DNA from: Rhodoblastus sp.
GTDB taxonomy: Bacteria; Pseudomonadota; Alphaproteobacteria; Rhizobiales; Beijerinckiaceae
Assembly: GCA_037044955.1 (NCBI GenBank)
Contig: JBAOHX010000001.1
Span: forward strand, 107,140 to 171,139
Length of the DNA: 64,000 nucleotides
Reading direction: 5' to 3'
The notes below the pieces were generated by a model that searched no databases, was not told the DNA's origin, and saw nothing but the letters and a program-made list of their open reading frames with translations. How positions within the stretch are numbered: position 1 is the stretch's first letter; the number at the start of each line of letters is the position of its first letter. Position numbers and translations under genes: made by a program. This document shows positions 1 through 10,049 of the stretch, piece by piece.

Positions 1-93
1 GTGCATACGCTCAACCTTGGCGGAGGATTCGAATTCATCGACGCTCGCGGGCCGCGAGGCGGACGCGCAACGTCGGGCGAGTGGAGGCGCGCC

Positions 94-1182
94 ATGATCT
101 CGCGCCGGGCTCTCATCGCTGGCGTCGCGGCGACCGCGCTGACGCCGGTCGACGCAAGCGAGCAGGAAACGCTGGCCTCCGCCGCGCAGCGCGCCGGCCT
201 GATCTTCGGCGCGTCCATCGATCAGTCGGGGCTGGACAATCCGGCCTATTTCGAACTCTACCGGCGCGAAACGCAGATGTTCGTCACTGACGTCGCGTTG
301 AAGTTCGACTGGCTCCGGCCCGCGCCCGACGTCTGGAATTTCGCGCCTGCCGACCGCATCGTCGCCGCCGCCAAGGCCGATGGCAAACTCGTGCGCGGCC
401 ACACGCTCATCTGGAACGACAATGCTCCGGCCTGGCTGAAGAAACTGTCGTCGCGCGAGATCGAGCGCGTCTTCGACGAGCACATCGACCGCGTCGTCGC
501 GCGCTACGCCGGGGCGCTGCATTCCTGGGACGTCGTCAACGAGCCCTTCTGGCCGATGGATCGCAAGCCCGGCGGCTGGCGCGACGGGCCATGGTTTGCC
601 GCCATGGGGCCGTCCTACGTGGAGCGCGCGTTTCGCCGCGCGGCCGCCGTCGATCCGAAGGTCAGGCTGACCCTCAACGAAGCGCAATGCGACAATGACG
701 GCGACTGGGGCCGTTCGATCCGGCCTCTGCTGCGCGGGCTGACGGATCGTCTTCTCGACGGAGGCGCGCCGTTGCACGCGATCGGCCTGCAGTCGCACCT
801 GCAGTCGGAGTTTCCGCAGAACTATCCGGCCTTCGCCGAATACATCGACGGTTTCGGCGCCAGGGGGCTGGATATCTACATCAGCGAATTCGACGTCAAC
901 GACGCGGCCTTTCCGGACACAGTCTCCGAGCGCGACGCCGCGACGGCGGCGCTCGCGCGCGACTTCCTGACCGCCACGCTCGCCGTTCCCGCGGTCAAGC
1001 TGCTCGTGACATGGCAATTGTCGGACCGGTACTCCTGGTACGCGGGCCTCCGGCGCAAGCGCATGATCGGCGCCGCCCGCGCGCCACGCCCCCTGCCGTT
1101 CGACGCCGACCTGCGGCCCAAGCCGCTGCGCAAGGCGATGGTCGAGGCGTTGCGCGCCCGCCCGGCAACGGCGAAGAAATGA
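94..1182 (+). CDS. Glycoside hydrolase family 10 (endo-1,4-beta-xylanase-like) with Tat-type signal
   Basis: ORF 1..1182. GH10 signatures HTLIWN, WDVVNEP (acid/base Glu) and YISEFDV (nucleophile Glu). The twin-arginine leader MISRRALIAGVAATAL begins at codon 32, so the start is placed at ATG 94 (uncertain). Confidence 0.8.
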   Translation: MISRRALIAGVAATALTPVDASEQETLASAAQRAGLIFGASIDQSGLDNPAYFELYRRETQMFVTDVALKFDWLRPAPDVWNFAPADRIVAAAKADGKLVRGHTLIWNDNAPAWLKKLSSREIERVFDEHIDRVVARYAGALHSWDVVNEPFWPMDRKPGGWRDGPWFAAMGPSYVERAFRRAAAVDPKVRLTLNEAQCDNDGDWGRSIRPLLRGLTDRLLDGGAPLHAIGLQSHLQSEFPQNYPAFAEYIDGFGARGLDIYISEFDVNDAAFPDTVSERDAATAALARDFLTATLAVPAVKLLVTWQLSDRYSWYAGLRRKRMIGAARAPRPLPFDADLRPKPLRKAMVEALRARPATAKK

Positions 1183-1423
1183 TCGCTCGGAACGGTCAAG
1201 CTCTTGATCTTGCTCAGATCCAGCTTGCCCGACGCGTTTCGATCCTAAGCAATTCGTAACCATAAACCTTTAGATTTCGCCGGATGGGTCGGCGGCTTGA
1301 TCGGCCGCCCATGGCAACGGTCGGGACGAGCGAAAGCGTAAGATTCGTATGGCCTCGCGGGCTGAAGGTTATGGATCGTTCGACCGGCCGCACCGCGCGG
1401 CCGGATACGACGGCGCGCCTTCG

Positions 1424-3475
1424 ATGGACATCGGCGAAATGTCCAGGGCCGTTTTCTCGCGCCTGCGCCTGCTGCTGCCCTGCCTCGCGGTGACGATCGG
1501 CCTCGCGCTCGCCTACGCTTTTCTCGCGCCCACGACCTATACCGCGACCATGTCGATCCTGATCGACCCGCGCGAGCGCGTGCCCGCCGGCGTGGACGCC
1601 GCCCCCATGCCGCAAAACCCCGATGCGGCGCTGGTCGAGAGCCAGATGCGTCTGATCACCTCGCAGCCGGTGCTGCTGAAGGTCGTGGACGAGCAGCATC
1701 TCGCCGACCAGACGCCGGGCCTGATCGGCTCGATCTTCGAAGCGCTGCGCTCGGTTGCGGGCGGCGCGGCGCCGGGGGCCGACATGCGCCGGCAGGCCGC
1801 CGCCGAGCGGCTGGAAAAAGCGGTGGCGATGAAGCGCAGCGAGCGCAATTACGTCATCGACGTCGAGGTCAAGGGACGCACGCGCCAGCAGGCCATCGCC
1901 ATCGCGCAGTCGCTCGCCGACGCCTATCTCGCCGCCAAGGCGCGGCTGACGGACGAAGTGTCGGACCGCGAGCGCGACCTGATCGACCGCAAGTTGCGCG
2001 ACCTGCGCGCGCGGGTGGAAGCCGCCGAACGCAAGGCGCAGGAATATCGCGACAAGAACGAACTCGTCGTCTCCGACGGCCGCACCTCGCCCGAGCAGCG
2101 CCTCAAGGACGCCAACAGCGCGCTCGTCGTCGCGCAGGGCAAGCGCGCCGATGTCGAGGCGCGCTACACGCAGATCAAGGCGGCGCTCGCCGCCGGCGTC
2201 GACGCCCAGACCGTCAACGACGACCTGCGCTCGCCCGTGATCGAAAAGCTGCGCTCCGACTATGCCGCGCTCGCGCGCGACGAAGCCTATGCGCAATCGG
2301 TGCTTGGACCGCGCCATCCCAGCTACCTGACCATCCAGAAGCAGATGGAATCCACGCGCGCGCAAATTCGCGCCGAGCAGCAGCGCATCGCGCAGGCGAC
2401 CGAACGCGAGCTGAAATCCGCGCGCGAGGCGGAGCGAACCGCCGCCAAACTCGTGAATTCCCTGGAGCTCTCCACCAACAAGGTCGGCGACAAGCGCGTG
2501 GAGCTGAACGATCTGGACCGCGCCGCCTCCGCGCTGCGCACGTCCTACGAAAAGGCGCTGGCCGCGCGCGAGACTGTCCGTCGCGATCCGATTTCGGCGC
2601 CGCTCGCCATGCTGATCAGCCCGCCGTCGGCGCCCATGTCGCCGTCGAGCCCGAAGACGCTGCCCGCTCTCATCATCGCCTTCGTCGCCGGCGTCAATCT
2701 GTGGATCGCATCCGCGCTCGGCGCCGAATATCGCCTGCGCCGCCGCAACGCCGAGGCCTCGCCGGCCGCGGCGGCGACGCGTCCTGCCTCCCTCGGCGCC
2801 GCCGCGACGCGGGAAAGGGTCCGGGCCGCACAGCGGCGAGCCGAACATGAAATACCAGGATTGCCTCCGTCCCGGGGGGCCATGCCGCGCGCGGGTCCCG
2901 CCGCCGTGGCGCCCGCGATGAGGACGGCCGGTCCCTATCGCGCCGAAATAGACGCTCTGTTCGACAGCCTGCTCGATGCGCTCCACGCATCGGGCAGAAC
3001 GCCGTTTGTCCTGATCGGCGGCGCGGCCTCCGGCAGCGGCGCCACCACGATCGCCCTGTCGCTCGCGCATGCGGCCTGCAATCGCGGGTTGCGCACGCTT
3101 CTTGTGGACCGTTGCGAGCGTGCGCCGACGCTCTCGAACTTCGGCGAAGATTTCGAGCCGACCCGTCTTCGGCGCGGCGGCGCCTCGCTGCGCGTGCTGC
3201 GCAGGGACGGCGACGGCGAGATCCTCCTTCAGTCCGTGGATGGCGAAGACGGCGTGACGACGGACGACGATATCGACCTGGTTCTCGTCGACGCCGGCCA
3301 GTTCCGCTCGGCCGCCCGCATCGCGCGCGAAATCCGTTCCGTCGACGCCATGGTCGCCGTCGCGCGCAACGGCAGCGACGCGGCGCGCGTCGAGGACGAA
3401 CTCGATCGCCTCGGCCTCGCCGATCTCTGCGTTGCGCTCGCCTTCAACGTGGCGCGCGGCAGGAGCGCGCGATGA
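1424..3475 (+). CDS. Exopolysaccharide chain-length determinant / polysaccharide co-polymerase (GumC/ExoP-like) with degenerate C-terminal BY-kinase-like domain
   Basis: ORF 1349..3475. Hydrophobic N-terminal segment followed by a Wzz-like SILIDPRE motif, a long coiled-coil-like region (RLTDEVSDRERDLIDRKLRDLRARVEAAERKAQEYRDK) and a second hydrophobic segment. The C-terminal P-loop-like domain reads GGAASGSGATTIALSLA...LLVDRC...DLVLVDAG. Start at ATG 1424 is uncertain. Confidence 0.75.
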   Translation: MDIGEMSRAVFSRLRLLLPCLAVTIGLALAYAFLAPTTYTATMSILIDPRERVPAGVDAAPMPQNPDAALVESQMRLITSQPVLLKVVDEQHLADQTPGLIGSIFEALRSVAGGAAPGADMRRQAAAERLEKAVAMKRSERNYVIDVEVKGRTRQQAIAIAQSLADAYLAAKARLTDEVSDRERDLIDRKLRDLRARVEAAERKAQEYRDKNELVVSDGRTSPEQRLKDANSALVVAQGKRADVEARYTQIKAALAAGVDAQTVNDDLRSPVIEKLRSDYAALARDEAYAQSVLGPRHPSYLTIQKQMESTRAQIRAEQQRIAQATERELKSAREAERTAAKLVNSLELSTNKVGDKRVELNDLDRAASALRTSYEKALAARETVRRDPISAPLAMLISPPSAPMSPSSPKTLPALIIAFVAGVNLWIASALGAEYRLRRRNAEASPAAAATRPASLGAAATRERVRAAQRRAEHEIPGLPPSRGAMPRAGPAAVAPAMRTAGPYRAEIDALFDSLLDALHASGRTPFVLIGGAASGSGATTIALSLAHAACNRGLRTLLVDRCERAPTLSNFGEDFEPTRLRRGGASLRVLRRDGDGEILLQSVDGEDGVTTDDDIDLVLVDAGQFRSAARIAREIRSVDAMVAVARNGSDAARVEDELDRLGLADLCVALAFNVARGRSAR

Positions 3476-4779
3476 CTTCGGCCGCCGCGGTACGATCGCC
3501 GCTCGCCCGCGCCGCCGACGCGCTCGCTGTACTCACCGCGCTGCTGTTGTTCGGCGTTTCCTCGATGACGCTGTCTGCGTTCGGCGTCGCCTACGATCAG
3601 GCCGGCGGCAGCTTTCTCCAGAAATTTCATCCCGCGACCTACATGGCCTGCCTCGCGCTCGTCGTGCGCTTTCTGGCGCAGCCCCGTCCCTTCGGCTGGC
3701 TGGCCCTGCAGATCGAGCGTTTTCCCGGCGCCGCCTACTTTGCGGCGACCTGGGCCGTCATGATCGTCTTTGCCGGCGTCGTGCAGAAAGCCCCGATCTC
3801 GCCCATCGTCGATTCCTTCCTGTGCGGCGTCGCGTTTCTCGTCCTCTACGCGGACGCCGACGAACGGACGCGCGCGACTCTGCGCCTGGCGCTGCATGCC
3901 TTCATGCTGGTCAACGCCTGCATCGGCCTTTTCGAATTCGTCACGCACATGCGGCTGACGCCCTTCGTCGCGGGCGGCAAGATCATCCTCCACGACTATC
4001 GCTCCACCGCGCTGCTCGGGCATCCGCTCGTCAACGCGAGCGCCGCCGCGGCCTATGCGCTGATGCTGATCTACGGCGCCGACCGCGCCATCGGCTGGCC
4101 GCTGCGGCTCGTCCTCATCGCTGCGCAGGCTGCCGGTCTCGTGGCGTTCGGAGGCCGCACGGCGATCGTGCTCTGCGCGGCGCTCGGCGTCCTGCGCATG
4201 GCGCGGCCGGCTCTCGACCTGATGAGCGGCCGCCGCTTCGACATGCGCGCCGCGCTCATCGCGGCGCTATTGGCGCCGGTGGCATTTGCCGCGCTATTCA
4301 TTCTCGCGCAGGGCGGAACGTTCGACGGGCTGGTCGAGCGTTTCGCGGACGACAAGGGCTCCTCCGACGCGCGCATCCTGATCTTCCAGCTTTTCGACTA
4401 TTTCACCTTCGACGAATTGCTCTTCGGCCCCGATCAACTGCGCCTGAACACGGTCCAGAATACGCTCGGCATCGAATATGGAATCGAGAGCTCGTGGTTC
4501 GGCTTTCTGTTCGGCTATGGCGCGCTCATGACGTTTTTCTTCGTCATCGCCTTTGCCGCGCTGATGTGGGAGCTCTGGCGGCGTTGCAGGCCCGGCGCCT
4601 GGGCGTTGTTCGTCTACATCATCGTGCAGTTGAGCTCGGCCGCCGGCGTCTCCGTCAAGACGCTCGTGTTCAACCAGTTCGTCGTTCTCCTGCTCGCATT
4701 CTTCTGCGACTGGCGCGACGAGGCGCCTGCGCCCCGTCGCATGCGCGCGGCCTATCGGCTCGCGCCGGGGCGCCCGTGA
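3472..4779 (+). CDS. O-antigen ligase / Wzy-like polysaccharide polymerase family membrane protein (ExoQ-like)
   Basis: ATG 3472 overlaps the upstream stop (ATGA). The protein is a multi-pass hydrophobic protein. The central region (RSTALLGHPLVNASAAAAYALML...FGGRTAIVLCAALGVL) resembles the O-antigen-ligase/Wzy_C family. It lies in an EPS locus. Confidence 0.6.
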   Translation: MTSAAAVRSPLARAADALAVLTALLLFGVSSMTLSAFGVAYDQAGGSFLQKFHPATYMACLALVVRFLAQPRPFGWLALQIERFPGAAYFAATWAVMIVFAGVVQKAPISPIVDSFLCGVAFLVLYADADERTRATLRLALHAFMLVNACIGLFEFVTHMRLTPFVAGGKIILHDYRSTALLGHPLVNASAAAAYALMLIYGADRAIGWPLRLVLIAAQAAGLVAFGGRTAIVLCAALGVLRMARPALDLMSGRRFDMRAALIAALLAPVAFAALFILAQGGTFDGLVERFADDKGSSDARILIFQLFDYFTFDELLFGPDQLRLNTVQNTLGIEYGIESSWFGFLFGYGALMTFFFVIAFAALMWELWRRCRPGAWALFVYIIVQLSSAAGVSVKTLVFNQFVVLLLAFFCDWRDEAPAPRRMRAAYRLAPGRP

Positions 4780-6219
4780 TGGCGCGCTCTCTCGTCCGAA
4801 ACACCTTGCTCTATCTTCCGGCCCAGGTTCTCGGGCCTTTCGTGCAATTCGCCGTCGTCATCGCCTGGACGCACCTGCTCGATCCCGCTGCCTTCGGCGT
4901 CGTCACCTTCGTCATCGCCGCGCAGGAATTGACCGCGCTGGTCGGGCTCGTCTGGTGGTCGCTCTACGTATTGCGGTTTCGCCAGCGCTACGAGGGCGAG
5001 GACGAAAAGCGCTTTCGCGCCATGGACGTTCGCATGGCGCTCTACGGCTCCGCCACGCAGATCGCCTTCGCGCCGCTCTGCCTCATGATGGTCGGCGTCG
5101 TCGCCGACGCCATGACCACGATGGCCGCCGCCGCCTATCTCGTCACGCGCCTGCTCGTCGCCCACTACAGCGAATGGGCGCGTTCGCAGCACCGCATCCG
5201 GGCCTATACGGCGGCGCAGTTCGCCGGCCCGATCCTCGGCTCCGGCCTGTCCGTCGTCGCCTTGCTCCATGTGGCGGCGACGCCTGCCGTGGTGTTTTTC
5301 ACCATGGCGCTGGGCCAGGCCGCAGGCGCCGTCGCCGTCATGTCGGCGCTGGGCGTGCGGCCGCAGATCGGGCGCTTCGACACCGCCATATTTCGCGAGG
5401 CGCGTCGTTATTGCGCCCCGCTCATTCTGTCGGGCCTTTTCGCCTGGACGGCGATCAACGGCATTCGCGTGCTCGTGCAGGCGGGCGCGGGCGTCGTCGG
5501 ACCTCGGGCTTCTGTCGGCGGGCTGGGGACTTGGACAGCGCGTCGCCAATTTCATCGCCATGATCTGCACGGCTGCCGCCTTCCCGCTCGCCGTCGATCG
5601 CATCGAGGCCGGCGACCGTCGCGGCGCCCTGGAGCAGGTGGCCCTCAACGGCACGCTCATGCTCGCGCTGCTCGCGCCGGCGACGGTCGGCGTCGCGGTT
5701 CTCGCCGCGCCGCTCGTCGATCTCCTGATCGCCGCCGACTACAGAAGCGTCACGACCCTCGTGCTGCCGATTTCGGCGGCGGCGGGCGCCATCCGCACTT
5801 ACAAGACCCATACGGCGGATCAGGCCGGCCTGCTGCTCGAGCGCACGCGCGCCCTGACCGTCTCCAACTTCGCGGACGCCGCGACAACCTTGCTTTGCGC
5901 TGGCCTTGGGCTCGTCTATGGCGGCATCGAGGGCGCGGCGGTCGGTTGCCTCGTCGGGACGTTGATCGCCGCGCTGGGCGCTTTGATCTACGCGGCGCGC
6001 TGGCTCGAACTTCCGATAGATTTCGGCGCCTACCTGCGCATCCTCGCGGCCGTCTGCGCGATGTTCGCGGGCCTCGTGCTGACGCCGGCGCCGCACACTC
6101 TCCTCAGCGTGGTCATGAAGATAGCGCTCGGCGCCGCCTGCTACGGCGTCGTTCTGCTGGCGTTGTTTCCCGCCGTCCGCGAAGCGCTCGTCACGCGGCT
6201 TTCGGCGCGGCTGCGCTGA
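4779..6219 (+). CDS. Wzx-type oligosaccharide flippase (polysaccharide biosynthesis protein family), frameshifted in this sequence near 5480-5505
   Basis: The N-terminal part (MARSLVRNTLLYLPAQVLGPFVQFAVVIAW... to ...GIRVLVQAGAGVV) lies in the frame of ORF 3432..6281. The C-terminal hydrophobic part (DLGLLSAGWGLGQRVANFIAMICTAAAFPL... to stop 6219) lies in the frame of ORF 5269..6219. After the junction the first frame becomes Arg-rich nonsense. Confidence 0.75.
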
Positions 6220-7005
6220 TCAGTTTGGCCGGGGCGGCGCGACGCCGGCGGGCGCGAGATCGTCGACGGGTTGCGCGCTGAACACGAGCGGCAGGCGACG
6301 CAGCGCGATCAAGACGAAGACCTCCGCGCAACGCCAGTAGCGCGGCGCGAGCCGCAGCGGGTCCGATGTCAGCCGCCACGCCCATTCCATGCCGAGGCCC
6401 TGCACCCAGCGCGGCGCGCGCTTGACCGCGCCGGCGATGAAATCCAGCGCGGCGCCGACGCAGAGGAACCCGACGCCTTCGCAACGTTTCTTCAGCGCGT
6501 CGGCGACCAGCTCCTGCTTCGGCGCTCCAAGGCAGATGAAGCACAGGCGTGCGCCCGAGGCGCGCACGCGCCGCGCCAGATCGTCCATCTGCGCGGCGTC
6601 TTCGGGGGCGATGATCGAGGCGTCGGCGCCGGCGATGTTCAGGCGCGGGAAGCGTTCGCGCAGAGATTCTATCGCGCGCTTCTGCACATGCGCCTGCGGC
6701 CCGACGATGAAGATCGGAATCCCCGCTTCCGCCGCCTTCTCGCACAACGGCAGCGCGAGATCGGCGCCGGTCGTGCGCTCGAGCGTCACGCCGCGCCTGC
6801 GGAAATGCCAGACGATCGGCCAGCCGTCGGCGGAGACGAGATCCGCGTCTTCGTAACACGCCTGAAACGCGGCGCTGCCGCGCAACTTGACGACGTGATC
6901 GAGATTGAGCGTGAACAGGGTGAACGAGCGGGGCGCCGCGAGGCGCGTCAGCACCGCGTCCAGCGCCTGCTGTGGCGTGAACAGGTTGACGCGCACGGCG
7001 CTCAT
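6220..7005 (-). CDS. WecG/TagA/CpsF family glycosyltransferase (GT26)
   Basis: Internal ATG at 7005 of ORF 6220..7428 (MSAVRVNLFTPQQALDAVL...). Family-typical motifs NLDHVVKL, LVSADGWPIVW, IFIVGPQAHV, ICLGAPKQE and MEWAWRL. Confidence 0.85.
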   Translation of the reverse strand: MSAVRVNLFTPQQALDAVLTRLAAPRSFTLFTLNLDHVVKLRGSAAFQACYEDADLVSADGWPIVWHFRRRGVTLERTTGADLALPLCEKAAEAGIPIFIVGPQAHVQKRAIESLRERFPRLNIAGADASIIAPEDAAQMDDLARRVRASGARLCFICLGAPKQELVADALKKRCEGVGFLCVGAALDFIAGAVKRAPRWVQGLGMEWAWRLTSDPLRLAPRYWRCAEVFVLIALRRLPLVFSAQPVDDLAPAGVAPPRPN

Positions 7006-7379
7006 GCCCGCTCGACGTATTTTGCCGCGCGCAGGCGCGCTGCGATCTGAAGATCGGCCAGACGCGAGAGGCCGCGCGCGACCGAGAGGGGCGTCGGCGC
7101 GCGGCTCGGCGCGCCGCCGATCGACGCGAGACCGGCGAGCGCGCCGCCGAGCGTCACTATGGCTGCCTGGCCGCGCGTCATGCGCTCGAGCAGGGCGATT
7201 TCGCTTTGCGAGAGCGCGGCCGTCGCCAGCGTCGGCGGCGCGACGCGGCAGAGCGCCGTCATCCAGATCGCGCGGCGCGCGAGCAGCGCGACGATCGCGC
7301 CGCGCCTGATGGCGTCGGCCAAGCCGGCGGTCGGCGCGTGGAGAGGTCCTGATCGGACCCTCGCGGCATGGCTCGTCAT
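7002..7379 (-). CDS. Hypothetical small protein (125 aa)
   Basis: Tail of ORF 7002..8597 from ATG 7379 (MTSHAARVRSGPLH...AAKYVERA). Its stop overlaps the start of the downstream WecG gene (ATGA-type overlap), and it fills the gap between two same-strand genes. No recognisable domain. Confidence 0.35.
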   Translation of the reverse strand: MTSHAARVRSGPLHAPTAGLADAIRRGAIVALLARRAIWMTALCRVAPPTLATAALSQSEIALLERMTRGQAAIVTLGGALAGLASIGGAPSRAPTPLSVARGLSRLADLQIAARLRAAKYVERA

Positions 7380-7402
7380 CCCGGCGCTCGTCCTCCGTCC
7401 TC

Positions 7403-8590
7403 TCAACCCGCGGCATGGCGCGGCGCAAGGGCGCCGCCGACCAGCGCGCGCAGGCGACGTTGCAGCAGAACGCGGCGGCGATGGAGCGCCCAGCCCATGC
7501 CGCGTCCGACCGTCGAATTGCGCCGATAGTTCGCCGCGTGCGACGCGCGGCCGTCGCACGCGATCTTTTCCGGGTCGCGGTAGAAGCCGGCGATCTTGTA
7601 GGCGCCCATGCCGGGCGTCGCCAGCCATTGCGGAATATAGGCGTTGCACAGGCGTTCGGCGTCGGTGAAGGCGCGGCTCAGTCCGTCGCCGACGGCGGGA
7701 CAGCTCGTGCGAAACGCATCGCCGACGAGGACGACCCCCGGTCGGTCGACGCCGTCGACCTCGTAGAGATCGACAGGCCGCGCAAGCGCCTTGCTCGTCA
7801 CCTCGAAATCGCCGAGCGCGGACTGGAGGCCGGGCAGGGCGGCGAGAACCGCCTGTTTCGGATCGCTCCGCAGCGCGGCGAAGATCGGGTCCTGCATGTC
7901 GCGATAGAGGAAGAGATTGGCGCGCATCCCGGTCGGAAACGGGAATATGCTGAGATAGTCGATGCCGTCGCGCGGCGCATCGCCGTAAATGGTCAGCGTC
8001 TCGAAGTCGAAGCCCGCGCGCCCGACCGCGCGCAGGTCGAAGGCGACGCTGACCGAATGATCCTTGTGCAGCACGCGCCTGACGTAGCCGAGCTTCGCGC
8101 GCAGCGCTTCGCCGCCGCCGGTGGCGAGAACGACGAGCCGCGCTTCGATGGTTTCGCCGGTCGAGAGTTCGACCCGTTGCCGCTCGTCGCTCGCCTCGAT
8201 ATTGGCGACCCGCGCGACGATGCGCGCGACCGACGGCGGTATGGCCTGCCGCATCGCGTTGACGAGGTCCTCGTAGGGCAGGTTGTATTCGCAGGCGCTC
8301 TGGCGGTCGATGACGCGCCCGCGCCGCATGTTGACGACGCTGCTGGAACGCACGCCCGCCCTCGCGAGGGCGTCGAGCAGGCCGAGGCGGCGCATCAGGC
8401 CGATCTGGTCGCCCGCCACCTTGTCGGCCTTGAAATCGGGCGGGCAGACGTCGTGCAGGTCGATGACGGCCGCGCGTACGCCGCGCGCGCCGAGCGCGCA
8501 GGCGGCGGCCGACCCTGCCGCCCCGCCGCCGACGATGACCACATCGAACGAACGCGATGCCTGCGCAGCCGAGGATACGGACGCACTCAT
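7403..8590 (-). CDS. FAD-dependent oxidoreductase / monooxygenase family protein
   Basis: ORF 7403..8659 with ATG at 8590 (MSASVSS...). Dinucleotide-binding fold FDVVIVGGGAAGSAAACALGARG and a later VVLVGDAF motif typical of flavoprotein monooxygenases. Confidence 0.8.
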   Translation of the reverse strand: MSASVSSAAQASRSFDVVIVGGGAAGSAAACALGARGVRAAVIDLHDVCPPDFKADKVAGDQIGLMRRLGLLDALARAGVRSSSVVNMRRGRVIDRQSACEYNLPYEDLVNAMRQAIPPSVARIVARVANIEASDERQRVELSTGETIEARLVVLATGGGEALRAKLGYVRRVLHKDHSVSVAFDLRAVGRAGFDFETLTIYGDAPRDGIDYLSIFPFPTGMRANLFLYRDMQDPIFAALRSDPKQAVLAALPGLQSALGDFEVTSKALARPVDLYEVDGVDRPGVVLVGDAFRTSCPAVGDGLSRAFTDAERLCNAYIPQWLATPGMGAYKIAGFYRDPEKIACDGRASHAANYRRNSTVGRGMGWALHRRRVLLQRRLRALVGGALAPRHAAG

Positions 8591-8807
8591 GACGCAACTC
8601 CCGTCCCGAAACTCCGGACTTTGACGCCGCAATTGATCTCGTCCGCTTTTTCTCCGCAAATCAATTCAAAATTAATAGTTATTTTACGAATTGATTGTGG
8701 GGGCGCGTTCATCGACGCTTAATGCGAAGGTCCGAATTTGCGGGCGCGGTCGGTTCCCACGCAGAATTTTCCTGCGGCGGCGTCCGTTCGCGGCGGCGGA
8801 GTTGAAC

Positions 8808-9938
8808 ATGACGATCCTCGAGGCCCGTCGCGACGGGCCTTTCGAAGTCGACGTCTTTGCCGATATTGCGGCCGTGCGCGACGACTGGGCGGCGCTCGAA
8901 TCGACAGGCGAATGCACGCCCTTCCAGACGCGCGCGTGGCTCGAGCCGTGGTACGAGATCGTCGCGCCGCATTTCGGCGCCGCCGCGCTTTTCGTGCGCG
9001 TGCGCGAGCGTTCCTCTGGCCGTCCCGTAATGCTGCTGCCACTGGTGAAGCGGCGCGACGCCGGTCTCACCCTCGTCGAATTCGCCGATCTCGGCGTCAG
9101 CGACTATCACGCGCCGCTGTTCGCGCCTCCGATGGGCGATCTGGGCGCGCAGGGGCCGGCGCTCTGGTCGAAGATACAGGCGGCGCTGCGGCCGGCCGAT
9201 CTCTTTCGCCTGGAGAAAGTCCCCGCGACGGTCGGCGGCGCCCGCAATCCGCTGCAGGACATCGCGCGCCGCCGCATGAATTTCTCGTCTTGGGACGTCG
9301 TCCTGCCGGGCGACCGCGCCGCATTCGACGCGGCGCTGCCGGATCGATCCTTCCTGCGCGAACTCGCGCGCAAGGGCCGCCGCCTTGCCGGGCGCGGGCA
9401 GGCGCGCTTCGCCGAAGCGACGACGCCGGGCGACCTGCGTCGCGCCTTCGAGGCTTTGTGCGCGCAGCGTGCGGCGCGCTTTGCCGAGCTTGGCCGTGAC
9501 AATATCCTGCAAGCTCAGCCCTTCCGCGATTTCTATGAACGGGTCGCGCTCGCGCCGCAGGATCGCGTCGCCCGCCTCTTCACTCTGTCGGTAGACGACG
9601 AGATCGTCGCCACCGTCTTCGGCCTCGCGCGCAAGGGCCGCTTCTGCATGATCATGTCGACCATCGGCGATGCGCGCTGGAAAAGCGCTTCCCCCGGCAA
9701 TGTCGCGATGGGCCGCCTCGTTTCGCGATTGATCGAGGAAGGCGGCGGCGTGCTCGACTTCACCATTGGCGACGAAGCCTACAAGCGCAGCTTCGGCGCC
9801 GCGCAGCGTCCGCTCGACGCCGGCGTGCTGAGCCTGTCCTGGCGCGGTTCGCCGCAGCTCGTCGCCGATTTCGCCAGGAAGATTCGCGGCCCCCGCGATC
9901 TCGCCCCCGCGGGCGTGGGGTCTCCGCGCGGACGCTAG
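8808..9938 (+). CDS. GNAT-fold acetyltransferase, CelD/BcsL (FemAB-like) family
   Basis: ORF 8691..9938 with ATG 8808 (MTILEARRDGPFEV...). N-terminal WAALESTGECTPFQTRAWLEPW and C-terminal LDFTIGDEAYKRSFG are typical of cellulose/EPS-associated CelD-like acetyltransferases. Confidence 0.75.
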   Translation: MTILEARRDGPFEVDVFADIAAVRDDWAALESTGECTPFQTRAWLEPWYEIVAPHFGAAALFVRVRERSSGRPVMLLPLVKRRDAGLTLVEFADLGVSDYHAPLFAPPMGDLGAQGPALWSKIQAALRPADLFRLEKVPATVGGARNPLQDIARRRMNFSSWDVVLPGDRAAFDAALPDRSFLRELARKGRRLAGRGQARFAEATTPGDLRRAFEALCAQRAARFAELGRDNILQAQPFRDFYERVALAPQDRVARLFTLSVDDEIVATVFGLARKGRFCMIMSTIGDARWKSASPGNVAMGRLVSRLIEEGGGVLDFTIGDEAYKRSFGAAQRPLDAGVLSLSWRGSPQLVADFARKIRGPRDLAPAGVGSPRGR

Positions 9939-10049
9939 ATCATCGGTTGAACGCATGGCTGGCGCCAGCGTAGTGCGCGGCGGCGACGCTTGCCGTTCGC
10001 GTTCAATGCATGGACAGTGCGCTCCCCTTCATTCCACCGCCCCGGAATC

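Noticed and set aside
1214-3070. Long antisense or out-of-frame ORFs. Examples are 1214..3070(-), 16508..18310(-), 24504..26402(-), 46545..48698(-), 57807..60464(+), 62270..63859(+), 7002..8597(-) upstream part and 35205..37019(+).
   Set aside because: These are typical high-GC shadow ORFs. Their translations are Arg/Gly/Ala/Asp-rich and of low complexity, with no recognisable motifs. Each fully overlaps a gene on the other strand or frame that has clear family signatures.
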